A stretch of DNA of 52,315 nucleotides from positions 1-52,315 of the forward strand of contig CANPJT010000003.1 in assembly GCA_947574255.1 (NCBI GenBank). Reading direction: 5' to 3'. The position numbers and the translations under genes were made by a program. Below the pieces are notes generated by a model that had not been told where the DNA came from, ran no database searches, and was given only the letters and a program-made list of their open reading frames with translations. Positions 8,919-17,192 of the stretch are shown here, piece after piece (the stretch's first letter is position 1; each line of letters opens with the position of its first letter). The DNA is from an uncultured Mycoplasmatota bacterium (GTDB lineage Bacteria > Bacillota_I > Bacilli_A > RF39 > UBA660).

Positions 8919-10667
8919 ATGAGTAAAATAAAAATAATGAACGAAAATTTAGCTAATAAAATAGCGGCTGGTGAAGTAGTTGAAAAAATTTCAAGTGTAG
9001 TTAAAGAACTTGTTGAAAACAGTATCGATGCTTCTGCCAAAAGTATTGTAGTATCTTTAAGTGATGGAGGTCTTAAACAAATCCAAGTTTTAGATGATGG
9101 AGTTGGTATGGATTATAATGATGCATTACTTGCTTTTTCTAGACATGCTACTAGCAAACTTCTTCATGATGATGATTTATTCTTTATTGATACACTCGGG
9201 TTTAGAGGAGAAGCTCTTCCTTCAATTGCTAGTGTAAGTTCAGTAACTTTAAAAACCTGTAGTGGAGATATTGGAACACTTATTGAAATAAAAGGCGGAA
9301 AAATATTAAAGCAAGAAAAAACAGATGCTCGTATGGGAACATGTATTACTGTTTCAGAATTATTTTATAATACACCAGCACGATTAAAGTATTTAAAAAA
9401 TGAAAGTTATGAATTAGCCAATTGTGTTTCTTTAATCGAAAAATTAGCTTTATCACACGATAAAATATCCTTTACTCTTACTAATAATGAACGAGTTTTA
9501 GTAAAAACAACAGGGAGCGGTAACTTACATAAATGTATTCATGAAATTTATGGTTTAAATGTTTCTTCAAAAATGCTAGAAATAGAATCCAGTAATGATG
9601 ATTTTGATTTATATGGCTTTGTTTGTAAACCAGAGATACTAAAATCTAATCGTAATCATTTCATTACGATGGTAAATGATAGGGTAATTAAAAATAATGA
9701 TATTAATCGTGCTATAAATGATGCTTATTATACATATAAACCTGATACTAAGTATCCAATTATAGTTCTAAAAATAAATGCTGATCCAACACTTATTGAT
9801 GTTAATATTCATCCTACTAAACAAGATATTAAAATGTCAAAAATAAATGAATTATATGATCTTATTTATAATAATATTAAAGAGGTTTTATATAAAAGTT
9901 TGCTTATTCCCGATGCTATTAAAAAACCAGAATATAACGAAATAAAAGATCAATATATAGAAAACTTTATAAAAGAAAATAAAGAGGATGATTATTCAGG
10001 GAGTAGACAAGTTGTTATGGATCTTTCATATGCTGAAGCAGAAAAAAAAGAAGAGCCAATAGTTATTAATGAAGAACTAAAAAGGCTGGTATTATATCCA
10101 GTTGGAATAGCTCATGGAACTTACATTATCGCTCAAAACGAAGAAGGGGTATACATGATTGATCAACATGCAGCTCAAGAAAGAATAAATTATGAACGCT
10201 TTTTAAAATGTTTAAAAGAAAAAGAAATAACAACAACATCTCTTTTATTTCCAATAACGATTGAATTATCTCCTAGCGAATTTTTAAGTTTAAAAAATTA
10301 TTTAGAGATTTTATTTAAAATGGGCTTTAAAGTAGAAGAATTTGGTTTAAATACTTATATTTTTAAAGAACATCCTACTTGGTTAAAAACTGGATATGAA
10401 GAAGAATCTATTCGAAAAATCGTAGATTTAATTATTCAAAATAAAGGCGAATTTGATCCAGTTAAATTTAATGAAAACATTGCTATAACTCTAGCTTGTA
10501 AAATGAGTATAAAAGCTAATATGCGAATTAGTAATGAAGCTGCTGAAGAGTTATTACAAGAACTTGTTTTGTGTGATAATCCTTATAATTGTCCTCATGG
10601 GAGACCAACAATTATTAAATTTTCAACATATGACTTAGAAAGAATGTTTAAAAGAGTAATGAATTAA
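8919..10667 (+). CDS. mutL: DNA mismatch repair protein MutL
   Basis: N-terminal LANKIAAGEVVE, VKELVENSIDA, DDGVGM and GFRGEAL (GHKL ATPase). C-terminal QHAAQERI and CPHGRP motifs. ATG 8919 follows the yqeH stop at 8909-8911. Confidence 0.95.
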   Translation: MSKIKIMNENLANKIAAGEVVEKISSVVKELVENSIDASAKSIVVSLSDGGLKQIQVLDDGVGMDYNDALLAFSRHATSKLLHDDDLFFIDTLGFRGEALPSIASVSSVTLKTCSGDIGTLIEIKGGKILKQEKTDARMGTCITVSELFYNTPARLKYLKNESYELANCVSLIEKLALSHDKISFTLTNNERVLVKTTGSGNLHKCIHEIYGLNVSSKMLEIESSNDDFDLYGFVCKPEILKSNRNHFITMVNDRVIKNNDINRAINDAYYTYKPDTKYPIIVLKINADPTLIDVNIHPTKQDIKMSKINELYDLIYNNIKEVLYKSLLIPDAIKKPEYNEIKDQYIENFIKENKEDDYSGSRQVVMDLSYAEAEKKEEPIVINEELKRLVLYPVGIAHGTYIIAQNEEGVYMIDQHAAQERINYERFLKCLKEKEITTTSLLFPITIELSPSEFLSLKNYLEILFKMGFKVEEFGLNTYIFKEHPTWLKTGYEEESIRKIVDLIIQNKGEFDPVKFNENIAITLACKMSIKANMRISNEAAEELLQELVLCDNPYNCPHGRPTIIKFSTYDLERMFKRVMN

Positions 10668-10685
10668 ATTAATAATAAAATATTT

Positions 10686-11588
10686 TTGATAAAGGTGATT
10701 TTAGTGGATACAAATTTTGATAGATTAAAAGAATTTTTATACAATGAAAGAAATTCAGATATTTTTGATAATTCTGATAAATTATATAAAGCTTTTATAT
10801 GTGTTGAAAAAGATGATGAACAACTTCCTTTTAATGATAATTTGATGTTTATTTTATTTTATGAATGTGCTTATCGTATAAATAGAGCTACAGGAATAAA
10901 AAAAATTTTAAAAAATATTTCGTTTGAAATTAATCAAGGTTGTTCTTTTGAAGATTTTTGTGCCGAAATGTGTAAATCCAAAAATATTCCAGCCCCTAGT
11001 AAAATTCTTCCAAATGACACTGTACATGAAAGAATAATCAGAAGAATTAAAAAGCTATTAAACCATGATTATGGTTGGACGCGTATTTATTATTCAACTA
11101 TTCAAAATGAACAACCAAAAAATGATTTAACAAGAAAAATCTATTTATCTATTGATAATTATAATTTACATTATTTTTCTATACTTCTTTTAAAATTGTG
11201 TGATAAATTAGAAATTAAATATAATTTTAAAATAGATGCAGAAGATAAGCATAGACGTTCAGACAATGTTGTTATATATACTAGTGATGAAGATTTTTTT
11301 AAATATATTTTTGCTATTAAAAGCATCAAAAATCAATTTCCTAAGATAAATTTTGGAGTTCCAAATTTATTAGCTTATAGTTATAATGAATATATTGGTG
11401 TAGCTACTATAGAAGATAATGATAGTACTATTAGTCGCTCACAAATTTTGTGTAATGAAATATGTCATTTAAGAGATGAAGCAGTAAATTTTGAATCTTT
11501 TTTTGAAAATATTAAATCTTTAATGATAGAAAATTTAAGAGACACTATTGATTTTTGTGAAAAAAATAGTTCTCCAAGTCGAAAATAG
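10686..11588 (+). CDS. Hypothetical protein, weak resemblance to the HopA1-like family
   Basis: 300-aa ORF. The pattern KIYLSID..FKID..HRRSDNVVIYT recalls HopA1-family proteins. The start is uncertain (TTG 10686, or GTG 10704 after aaaggtga). Confidence 0.45.
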   Translation: MIKVILVDTNFDRLKEFLYNERNSDIFDNSDKLYKAFICVEKDDEQLPFNDNLMFILFYECAYRINRATGIKKILKNISFEINQGCSFEDFCAEMCKSKNIPAPSKILPNDTVHERIIRRIKKLLNHDYGWTRIYYSTIQNEQPKNDLTRKIYLSIDNYNLHYFSILLLKLCDKLEIKYNFKIDAEDKHRRSDNVVIYTSDEDFFKYIFAIKSIKNQFPKINFGVPNLLAYSYNEYIGVATIEDNDSTISRSQILCNEICHLRDEAVNFESFFENIKSLMIENLRDTIDFCEKNSSPSRK

Positions 11589-11607
11589 GTATTAAAATGC
11601 CTTTTTT

Positions 11608-12105
11608 TTGATAAATTTATTTCGGAAGTTGATTTTTATGAAAATTAAAGAAATTATATTGTTTTTAAAATCATTTATTTTGAAAAAAAAGAAAAATATT
11701 ATTTTGGCTGTTATATTTACTTTATTTAGTTGCTTAATTGGAGTCGCATATGGTTATTTATCTGGATTTTGCCTCATAAATACAATACTATTATTGGTGA
11801 GGGAAAAGTTAATTTTTTCTGGAGGCCAGAAACAAAGAATAGCGATTAATAAGAATAGTAAAGTGATTTTGTTTGATGAAGTAACTAGTGCTCTTGACAA
11901 TGAGCCATAAGAAAAAATTATCGAAGTTATTAAAGAAATTTCTAAAAATCATACAATTATTACTATTGCTCATCGTTTATCAACTATAGTAGATTCAGAT
12001 ATTATTCATGTTATGGATAATGGAAAAATTATTGAATCAGGAACTCATCAAAAACTTTTAAAAAATAGTGCTATTTATAAGGAATTATACAAAAATAATG
12101 CGTAA
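11608..12105 (+). pseudogene. Decayed ABC exporter (MsbA/bacteriocin-exporter type): first TM helix fused to the end of the ATPase domain, plus an in-frame stop
   Basis: A TM segment IILAVIFTLFSCLIGVAYGYLSGF is followed directly by the signature FSGGQKQRIAI and Walker B ILFDEVTSALD. There is a stop at 11908-11910. The same frame then continues as [37 protein letters not shown] up to 12105. Confidence 0.8.
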
Positions 12106-12119
12106 AAGCGCTATTTTTT

Positions 12120-12128
12120 TGGTATACT
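12120..12128 (+). promoter_or_regulatory. Extended -10 element (TGgTATACT) upstream of the deacetylase gene
   Basis: tg at 12120-12121 and tatact at 12123-12128. No clear -35. It would give a very short leader before the start codons at 12135-12144. Confidence 0.35.
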
Positions 12129-12134
12129 AAAAGT

Positions 12135-13322
12135 GTGATGTTTATGAAAAGTAGTTGGATAAAAATTTTACCAATATTTATTTTAATTTTTGGTTTTCTT
12201 TTTTTGGACGCAAAAAAAGAAATGAAAGAAAGTGTCTTTGTATTTAATACAAAAAGAAAATTAGAAGATAATATTGAAAAAATTATTAATGATAATAAAG
12301 AGAAAAAAATGGAAGTAAATAAAAAAGTAGATGATAAATTTATTTATTTAGAATTTTCTAGTGATAATAAAGTGTTTAGTTATTTCATTAATGCTACAAC
12401 TGGAGAGGAATCAAATTTTGAAGATTTTATTAAAGAAAATAAAAGAAATGATTTTTCTAAAAAAATTAATGAACTTATATATTTAAAGTATCCAAAATTT
12501 ATAGCAGATATATTAACTGTAAATAATGGTAATAAAGTATATAAGATTGAAAACGATAAACTAATTATTTATTTCGAAAATTATGTTATTGAGCCAGTTA
12601 TAGAAGAAGAATTATTTTTAACTATAGATTTTAATGAAGTAAAAGAATATTTAGATTTTTCATTTGTTTTGAATAAAGAATATCAAAATGAAAATGGCTA
12701 TAATTTTAATAAAAATAAAAAAGCTGTTGCTTTAACTTTTGATGATGGCCCAGGTGGAGATAAAACTAATAAAATAGTCGAATTATTAGAACAAAATAAA
12801 GCTCATGCAACATTTTTTATGGTTGGTAATAAGATGGAATCTGGAATAAGTGTGATGAAAAATGTTTTAGATAAAGGTAATGAAATAGGAAGTCACTCAT
12901 ATGCTCATAAAAGTATGAAAAGACAAAAGATAAATGATTTATTAAGTGATGAAGAAAAAACAAAAGAAATATATCATAATATTACTGGAAAAAATCTAAT
13001 TTATACAAGACCACCATATGGTGCTATAAATGATAAGATAAAAGAGAGCTTAGATACGATTTTTATTACTTGGGATTTAGATACAGAGGATTGGTTACAT
13101 CGAGATAAAAATTACATTGTTGATTATGTAATGGAAAATGTTCATGATGGGGATATTATTTTAATGCATGATTTATATGATTCAACAGTAGAAGCAGTAG
13201 AGGAGTTACTGCCAAAACTATATGCAGCAGGATTTCAAGTGGTAAATATTTCTGAACTAGCTAATTTAAAAGAACAAGTATTAGAAAATCATAATATTTA
13301 TCGTAGTATTAGAAAAAATTAA
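12135..13322 (+). CDS. Polysaccharide/peptidoglycan deacetylase (NodB homology domain) with N-terminal signal anchor
   Basis: ALTFDDGP, GSHSYAH, RPPYG and ILMHD motifs, with hydrophobic N-terminus ILPIFILIFGFLFL. The start may be ATG 12138 or 12144. Confidence 0.85.
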   Translation: MMFMKSSWIKILPIFILIFGFLFLDAKKEMKESVFVFNTKRKLEDNIEKIINDNKEKKMEVNKKVDDKFIYLEFSSDNKVFSYFINATTGEESNFEDFIKENKRNDFSKKINELIYLKYPKFIADILTVNNGNKVYKIENDKLIIYFENYVIEPVIEEELFLTIDFNEVKEYLDFSFVLNKEYQNENGYNFNKNKKAVALTFDDGPGGDKTNKIVELLEQNKAHATFFMVGNKMESGISVMKNVLDKGNEIGSHSYAHKSMKRQKINDLLSDEEKTKEIYHNITGKNLIYTRPPYGAINDKIKESLDTIFITWDLDTEDWLHRDKNYIVDYVMENVHDGDIILMHDLYDSTVEAVEELLPKLYAAGFQVVNISELANLKEQVLENHNIYRSIRKN

Positions 13323-13698
13323 GTAAAAAATCATCTTCATCATTACCAACAATACTTATAAATAAGGAAATTCCTCCTGCAATTAAAAATAGTAGAGCTG
13401 CTATAAAGCCAGCATTAGCAAGTAAAACTTGTTTAGGGCTAGAATTAGGATCTAGTCTTTTTATATGTTTATAATTAATATATGCAAAATATAAATAAAT
13501 AATAAAAGTTACAATGAATATTTCGGTATTGATTGTACGAAAAATATTTTCGCTATTTTTATTATGTTTGGTTATATATTCTTTTTCATAATAATTTGAA
13601 ATAATAGCAAAGATTGCTAAAAAAATATATATTATCCATATATAATCTTCAACTTGTACTTCTTTTAAAGTTTCAGAATCAATGCTATTATTACTCAT
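13309..13698 (-). CDS. Small integral membrane protein (three predicted TM segments), hypothetical
   Basis: 129-aa ORF with hydrophobic stretches. No recognisable motif and a weak RBS. Confidence 0.45.
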   Translation of the reverse strand: MSNNSIDSETLKEVQVEDYIWIIYIFLAIFAIISNYYEKEYITKHNKNSENIFRTINTEIFIVTFIIYLYFAYINYKHIKRLDPNSSPKQVLLANAGFIAALLFLIAGGISLFISIVGNDEDDFLLNFF

Positions 13699-13763
13699 AT
13701 ATAATTATTATGTAATTAAAAAAATAAAAAAACATTTAAAAGACACTTTTTAATAAATCATAA

Positions 13764-13790
13764 TAAAAAAGCACACTATATTAGTGTGTT
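13764..13790 (-). terminator. Rho-independent terminator on the minus strand, downstream of the original tRNA-Glu 3' end
   Basis: On the minus strand acacacta pairs with tagtgtgc (13771-13789), followed by tttttt. It lies just outside the left att core. Confidence 0.65.
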
Positions 13791-13800
13791 ATTTTAAAAA

Positions 13801-13815
13801 TGGTGACCAGTACGG
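13801..13815. repeat. Prophage attachment core, left copy (tggtgaccagtacgg)
   Basis: 15-bp identity with 52261..52275, which is the CCA end, acceptor strand and first T-stem bases of tRNA-Glu. Confidence 0.8.
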
Positions 13816-13860
13816 ACACATGAATAGCCTTGTAATCCCTTTATTTAAAAGGAATATTTA

Positions 13861-13882
13861 AAAATTACTCTCAAAATTACTC
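13861..13882 (+). promoter_or_regulatory. Tandem AAAATTACTC motifs (candidate integrase/excisionase arm-type sites), left arm
   Basis: aaaattactc at 13861-13870 and 13873-13882. The same decamer occurs twice at 52150-52170. Confidence 0.5.
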
Positions 13883-13893
13883 CGATTTGTAAT

Positions 13894-15054
13894 TTATATA
13901 TATTTATCAGTTGATTGAGCTACCTCCTTTTTTATTTTTTCTGATAAATGTCCATATTTATTTATAGTAGTGTTAATACTTTGATGCCCCATACGTTTTC
14001 CAAACATATAAGCTTCTTTTCCTTCAGCCATCATTGTTGCTGCATAAGTATGTCGTAAATCATACATTCGTATTTTTGTAACATCTGCTTTTTTACAGTA
14101 GTAATGGAAATCTTTACGTAATGTTGTGTCACAAAGTGGTTTTTTTGTATCGTGGTTAAAAAAGAGAAGGGTGTTATCATTTATTTCGTAACCTAGTTCA
14201 TTTTTTAAGAATAATCTATAGTCTTCTACTGCATTAATTACTTTATCAGTTATATCTATTGTTCTTTGAGAATTATAAGTTTTAGTACTTGATAAAAAAT
14301 CATTTGATTTTCTATCATAATTTATTGAATGAAAGATGCTTAATTTTAATTTTTCTTTGTCAAACATTCCAAAAGTTAAAGCTCTAGTTTCTCCAACTCT
14401 ATCACCTGTACTAAAATTGACAATAGTTAGGGTTCTTATTCTATAAGCTTTTTTTCTTAAACTAATATTATCAGATTCTATATCCATTTCTAAAGTTTTT
14501 AAAAATTTTGTTAATTCTTCAGGAACCCAAAATTTCATTTCTTGATTTTCAACTTTATATTTTTCAATTCCTTTCATAGGGTTATTTAGAATATATTTTT
14601 CATTTTTACACCAATTAAAAAATGCTTTTAGTATTTTCATTATATGATTTTTTTGTTTTAAAGTGGTTTCTAAATCATCAATGAATTTTGTCCAAAATTC
14701 TTTATTTGTTTTGCTGACATATTTTTTGATTTTTCCTTTTAAGTATTTGTTATAATCTTTTTGTTTTCTACTGATTGTATTATAACCATATTTTTTTATA
14801 TATTTACAATCATATATATATTTATCCCATAAACTATCAAAATCGTCTTTATGAATTGCTTCGATTGCTTTTTGTTGTTTAATTGGAATATTATCACGTA
14901 TTTTAAGTGCTTCTTCAATTTTAAGAATCTTTTTATTATCTATACGACTAATGCTAGTCTTTATGGGATTACTCATCATAACTACATAATTTTTATTCTT
15001 TTTATGTCTATATATATTTTGATATCTTGTTTTTTCATAAACTTTCATGTCCAT
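13894..15054 (-). CDS. int: Tyrosine recombinase / phage integrase
   Basis: C-terminal catalytic signature DLRHTYAATMM..MGHQSINTTINKYGH. The ATG at 15054 is preceded by ggagtga; the GTG at 15063 lies inside that RBS. Confidence 0.9.
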   Translation of the reverse strand: MDMKVYEKTRYQNIYRHKKNKNYVVMMSNPIKTSISRIDNKKILKIEEALKIRDNIPIKQQKAIEAIHKDDFDSLWDKYIYDCKYIKKYGYNTISRKQKDYNKYLKGKIKKYVSKTNKEFWTKFIDDLETTLKQKNHIMKILKAFFNWCKNEKYILNNPMKGIEKYKVENQEMKFWVPEELTKFLKTLEMDIESDNISLRKKAYRIRTLTIVNFSTGDRVGETRALTFGMFDKEKLKLSIFHSINYDRKSNDFLSSTKTYNSQRTIDITDKVINAVEDYRLFLKNELGYEINDNTLLFFNHDTKKPLCDTTLRKDFHYYCKKADVTKIRMYDLRHTYAATMMAEGKEAYMFGKRMGHQSINTTINKYGHLSEKIKKEVAQSTDKYI

Positions 15055-15178
15055 AAATATCACTCCATTTCTTGAAATGGAATATAATCTATGCTATAAT
15101 TTTAGACATAGAAAAATTCCTTGTGTGCTAACATGTGTTTTTTTCTATATTTGGCTCATGTTACAGCATGAGTCTTTT

Positions 15179-15856
15179 TTAATTGGATAACAATTTTTGT
15201 TTTTCTTTTTCAAATTCTTCTTGTGTTATTATATTGACGTCTAAAAGTTTTTTTAATTTAAGTAATTTATCATAATTATCTTCATTATTTTGAATAATAT
15301 TTATTTGCTTTTCAGAATTAAAGTTTTCAATAAATTCTTTGATTTTATTTGCTTGATTATTTATTTCTTTATTATTAAAGGATGAATCAAAATATATTAT
15401 ATTTTCATCCTTTGCTCCCGATAATATTCCACTTTTTCTTTCGATAGAACCCATAATTGTAAATTGGATATAGCCTCTAGATATACCAGCTTCTTTAACT
15501 TGAACTGAAGAAATATTTTTGATTAAAATTGTTTTTTCTCCAGAAAAACCATGTGAAAATTTAGACATTAAACCAGGTCTACTAATTGTAATACTATTGT
15601 TATTTAATTTAACAATAGTTTTTCCATCATTCATTGATTTAAAAATAAATTCTTTATTCATATTTTCAATTCCTTTATAACTTTTTTTTATTTTATTTTT
15701 TTGGTTTGAATTTAATTTTTTTTGACGTATGATTAAAAATAATATAATAGAAATAACTAAAAAATCTATACAATAGCCTGTCTTTTTTATAATCAACATA
15801 AAAATGGATATTACAAAACAAAAATAACAAATAAGTTTTATAATTTTCAATTTCAT
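15179..15856 (-). CDS. Membrane protein with PH-like (DUF4429-type) domain and C-terminal SHOCT domain; superinfection-exclusion candidate by position
   Basis: Two N-terminal TM segments, a GYIQFTIMG block, and a C-terminal YDKLLKLKKLLDVNIITQEEFEKEKQKLL SHOCT motif. It sits between int and the repressor module. Confidence 0.6.
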   Translation of the reverse strand: MKLKIIKLICYFCFVISIFMLIIKKTGYCIDFLVISIILFLIIRQKKLNSNQKNKIKKSYKGIENMNKEFIFKSMNDGKTIVKLNNNSITISRPGLMSKFSHGFSGEKTILIKNISSVQVKEAGISRGYIQFTIMGSIERKSGILSGAKDENIIYFDSSFNNKEINNQANKIKEFIENFNSEKQINIIQNNEDNYDKLLKLKKLLDVNIITQEEFEKEKQKLLSN

Positions 15857-15861
15857 ATATG

Positions 15862-16212
15862 TTATACTTCTTTCATTATATTTTTTACATATTCATTTGC
15901 TTCATCTTCATATTTATCTATATAAAAAGCAAATAAATCTTTATTAGATTGACACAATTGATTTAGTTCAATATGAGCCAATTCATGTAGCAGTGTCTTT
16001 TTCTTTTTATAATAAGATAAGTTCTTATTAATATAAATAAAATAGTAACCTCGATAATAATTTACAAGACCTCTAATCCTTTCGTAAGGAAATGTTACAT
16101 ATTCAACAGTAGCATTATAATAGTTTAATAATTCGTCTTGTGAAATATTACCTAGTATCAAATTTTTTAAATTCATTAACTTACTCCTTTGACTAGTAAG
16201 CTGATACTGCAT
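15862..16212 (-). CDS. ImmA/IrrE-family zinc metallopeptidase
   Basis: HELAHIEL (HExxH), immediately downstream of the XRE repressor. An alternative start at ATG 16176 has the better RBS (aaaggag). Confidence 0.75.
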   Translation of the reverse strand: MQYQLTSQRSKLMNLKNLILGNISQDELLNYYNATVEYVTFPYERIRGLVNYYRGYYFIYINKNLSYYKKKKTLLHELAHIELNQLCQSNKDLFAFYIDKYEDEANEYVKNIMKEV

Positions 16213-16227
16213 AGCTTCCTCTTTATT

Positions 16228-16671
16228 TTATTTATCTAATTTTTCATCAATTTCTTTATGTTTTTCTGTTAAGAAATTTATAAAAAATTTTTTTTCTTCT
16301 TCAGTGAGTCGGTCATCTTTATCAAATAGGGCATTATATTGATCTAATAAATCTTTTTGAAATTCTTCTTCTAAAGATTTAATCATTTCATCTTCATTGT
16401 TAAACCATTTAACATGAGAATTATTAGATGTATTGCAAATATCTGGATATGCCATTAAAGGGTCTTTTATTTCATCATATATTAAATAATCAGTAGTACA
16501 TCCAAAAAATTTAGCTAGTTTTTTAAGTGTTAGTCTTTGTATTTTTTCGGTTCCTCTATCATAAAAACCTTTTAAAGTAGTATAAGGAATATCACATTTT
16601 TCTGAAAGCACATGCAAGTTATCAATTTTATGACTTTGCATTAAACTCTCTAATTTTTGCAAGAAATTCAT
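16228..16671 (-). CDS. XRE-family (CI-like) phage repressor
   Basis: N-terminal HTH LSEKCDIPYTTLKGFYDRGT. It is divergent from the cro-like gene and paired with ImmA. Confidence 0.8.
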   Translation of the reverse strand: MNFLQKLESLMQSHKIDNLHVLSEKCDIPYTTLKGFYDRGTEKIQRLTLKKLAKFFGCTTDYLIYDEIKDPLMAYPDICNTSNNSHVKWFNNEDEMIKSLEEEFQKDLLDQYNALFDKDDRLTEEEKKFFINFLTEKHKEIDEKLDK

Positions 16672-16694
16672 ACATGTTCTCCTTTCTTAAACTC

Positions 16695-16723
16695 ATTATA
16701 TATCTTAATAAAAACAAAGTAAA
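16695..16723 (-). promoter_or_regulatory. Leftward promoter for the repressor operon (TTTACT-N17-TATAAT on the minus strand)
   Basis: Complement of 16718-16723 is tttact and complement of 16695-16700 is tataat, with a 17-nt spacer. Confidence 0.45.
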
Positions 16724-16730
16724 GAAAAAA

Positions 16731-16813
16731 GTTACCTTAAAAAGTAAAAAAACATCTTGACAATATACCTCGAAAGGTATATGATTGGTTTGTAAGTTAC
16801 CTAGTAAGGTAAC
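16731..16813 (+). promoter_or_regulatory. Rightward early promoter (TTGACA 16757-16762, TATGAT 16780-16785) with palindromic operators
   Basis: ATACCTCGAAAGGTAT at 16765-16780 fills the spacer. GTTACCTAGTAAGGTAAC lies at 16796-16813. An imperfect GTTACCTTAAAAAGTAAA lies at 16731-16748. The shared half-site is TACCT. Confidence 0.65.
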
Positions 16814-16838
16814 AAAAAATAGGAGGGAGTGATAAGAA

Positions 16839-17063
16839 ATGTTTAGAAATTTAAAAGCCGAAATGGAAAGAAAAAACGTACAAAAAGAAGATTTAGAGAA
16901 AGATTTAAGGATTTGCCGTAAAACTTTAAATGAACGATTTTCTGGAAAAAGAGATTGGCAGAGTAAAGAAATGAAAATAATACAAAAAAAATATTTTCCA
17001 TATATGACATTAGATGAATTGTTTGAAACAGAAGATTCTATAGATCAAAAAGAAACAAGTTAG
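16839..17063 (+). CDS. Cro-like small HTH regulator
   Basis: 74 aa with RBS aggaggga. First gene of the rightward operon. HTH-like LEKDLRICRKTLNERFSG. Confidence 0.6.
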   Translation: MFRNLKAEMERKNVQKEDLEKDLRICRKTLNERFSGKRDWQSKEMKIIQKKYFPYMTLDELFETEDSIDQKETS

Positions 17064-17072
17064 GAGAATATA

Positions 17073-17192
17073 ATGGAAGAAGAAAAAATCGAAATCATTT
17101 GCCTTTATTGTATGTTAATAGGATGCATTAGTTTAATGATTGTTGGAATAATACTTGGGCTTTTGGGTTTAATCGAAGTTATTTTCGTCTAA
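17073..17192 (+). CDS. Small hydrophobic peptide (39 aa), hypothetical
   Basis: Manual ORF below the track cut-off: MEEEKIEIICLYCMLIGCISLMIVGIILGLLGLIEVIFV. RBS taggag is 6 nt upstream. Confidence 0.4.
   Translation: MEEEKIEIICLYCMLIGCISLMIVGIILGLLGLIEVIFV

Noticed and set aside
11608-11910. 100-aa ORF as an intact small gene.
   Set aside because: Its sequence is an ABC-exporter TM helix fused to the ATPase signature motif, and the same frame continues after one stop. I treat it as part of a pseudogene.
14851-15075. 74-aa plus-strand ORF.
   Set aside because: It lies antisense inside the integrase gene and has no motif or RBS.
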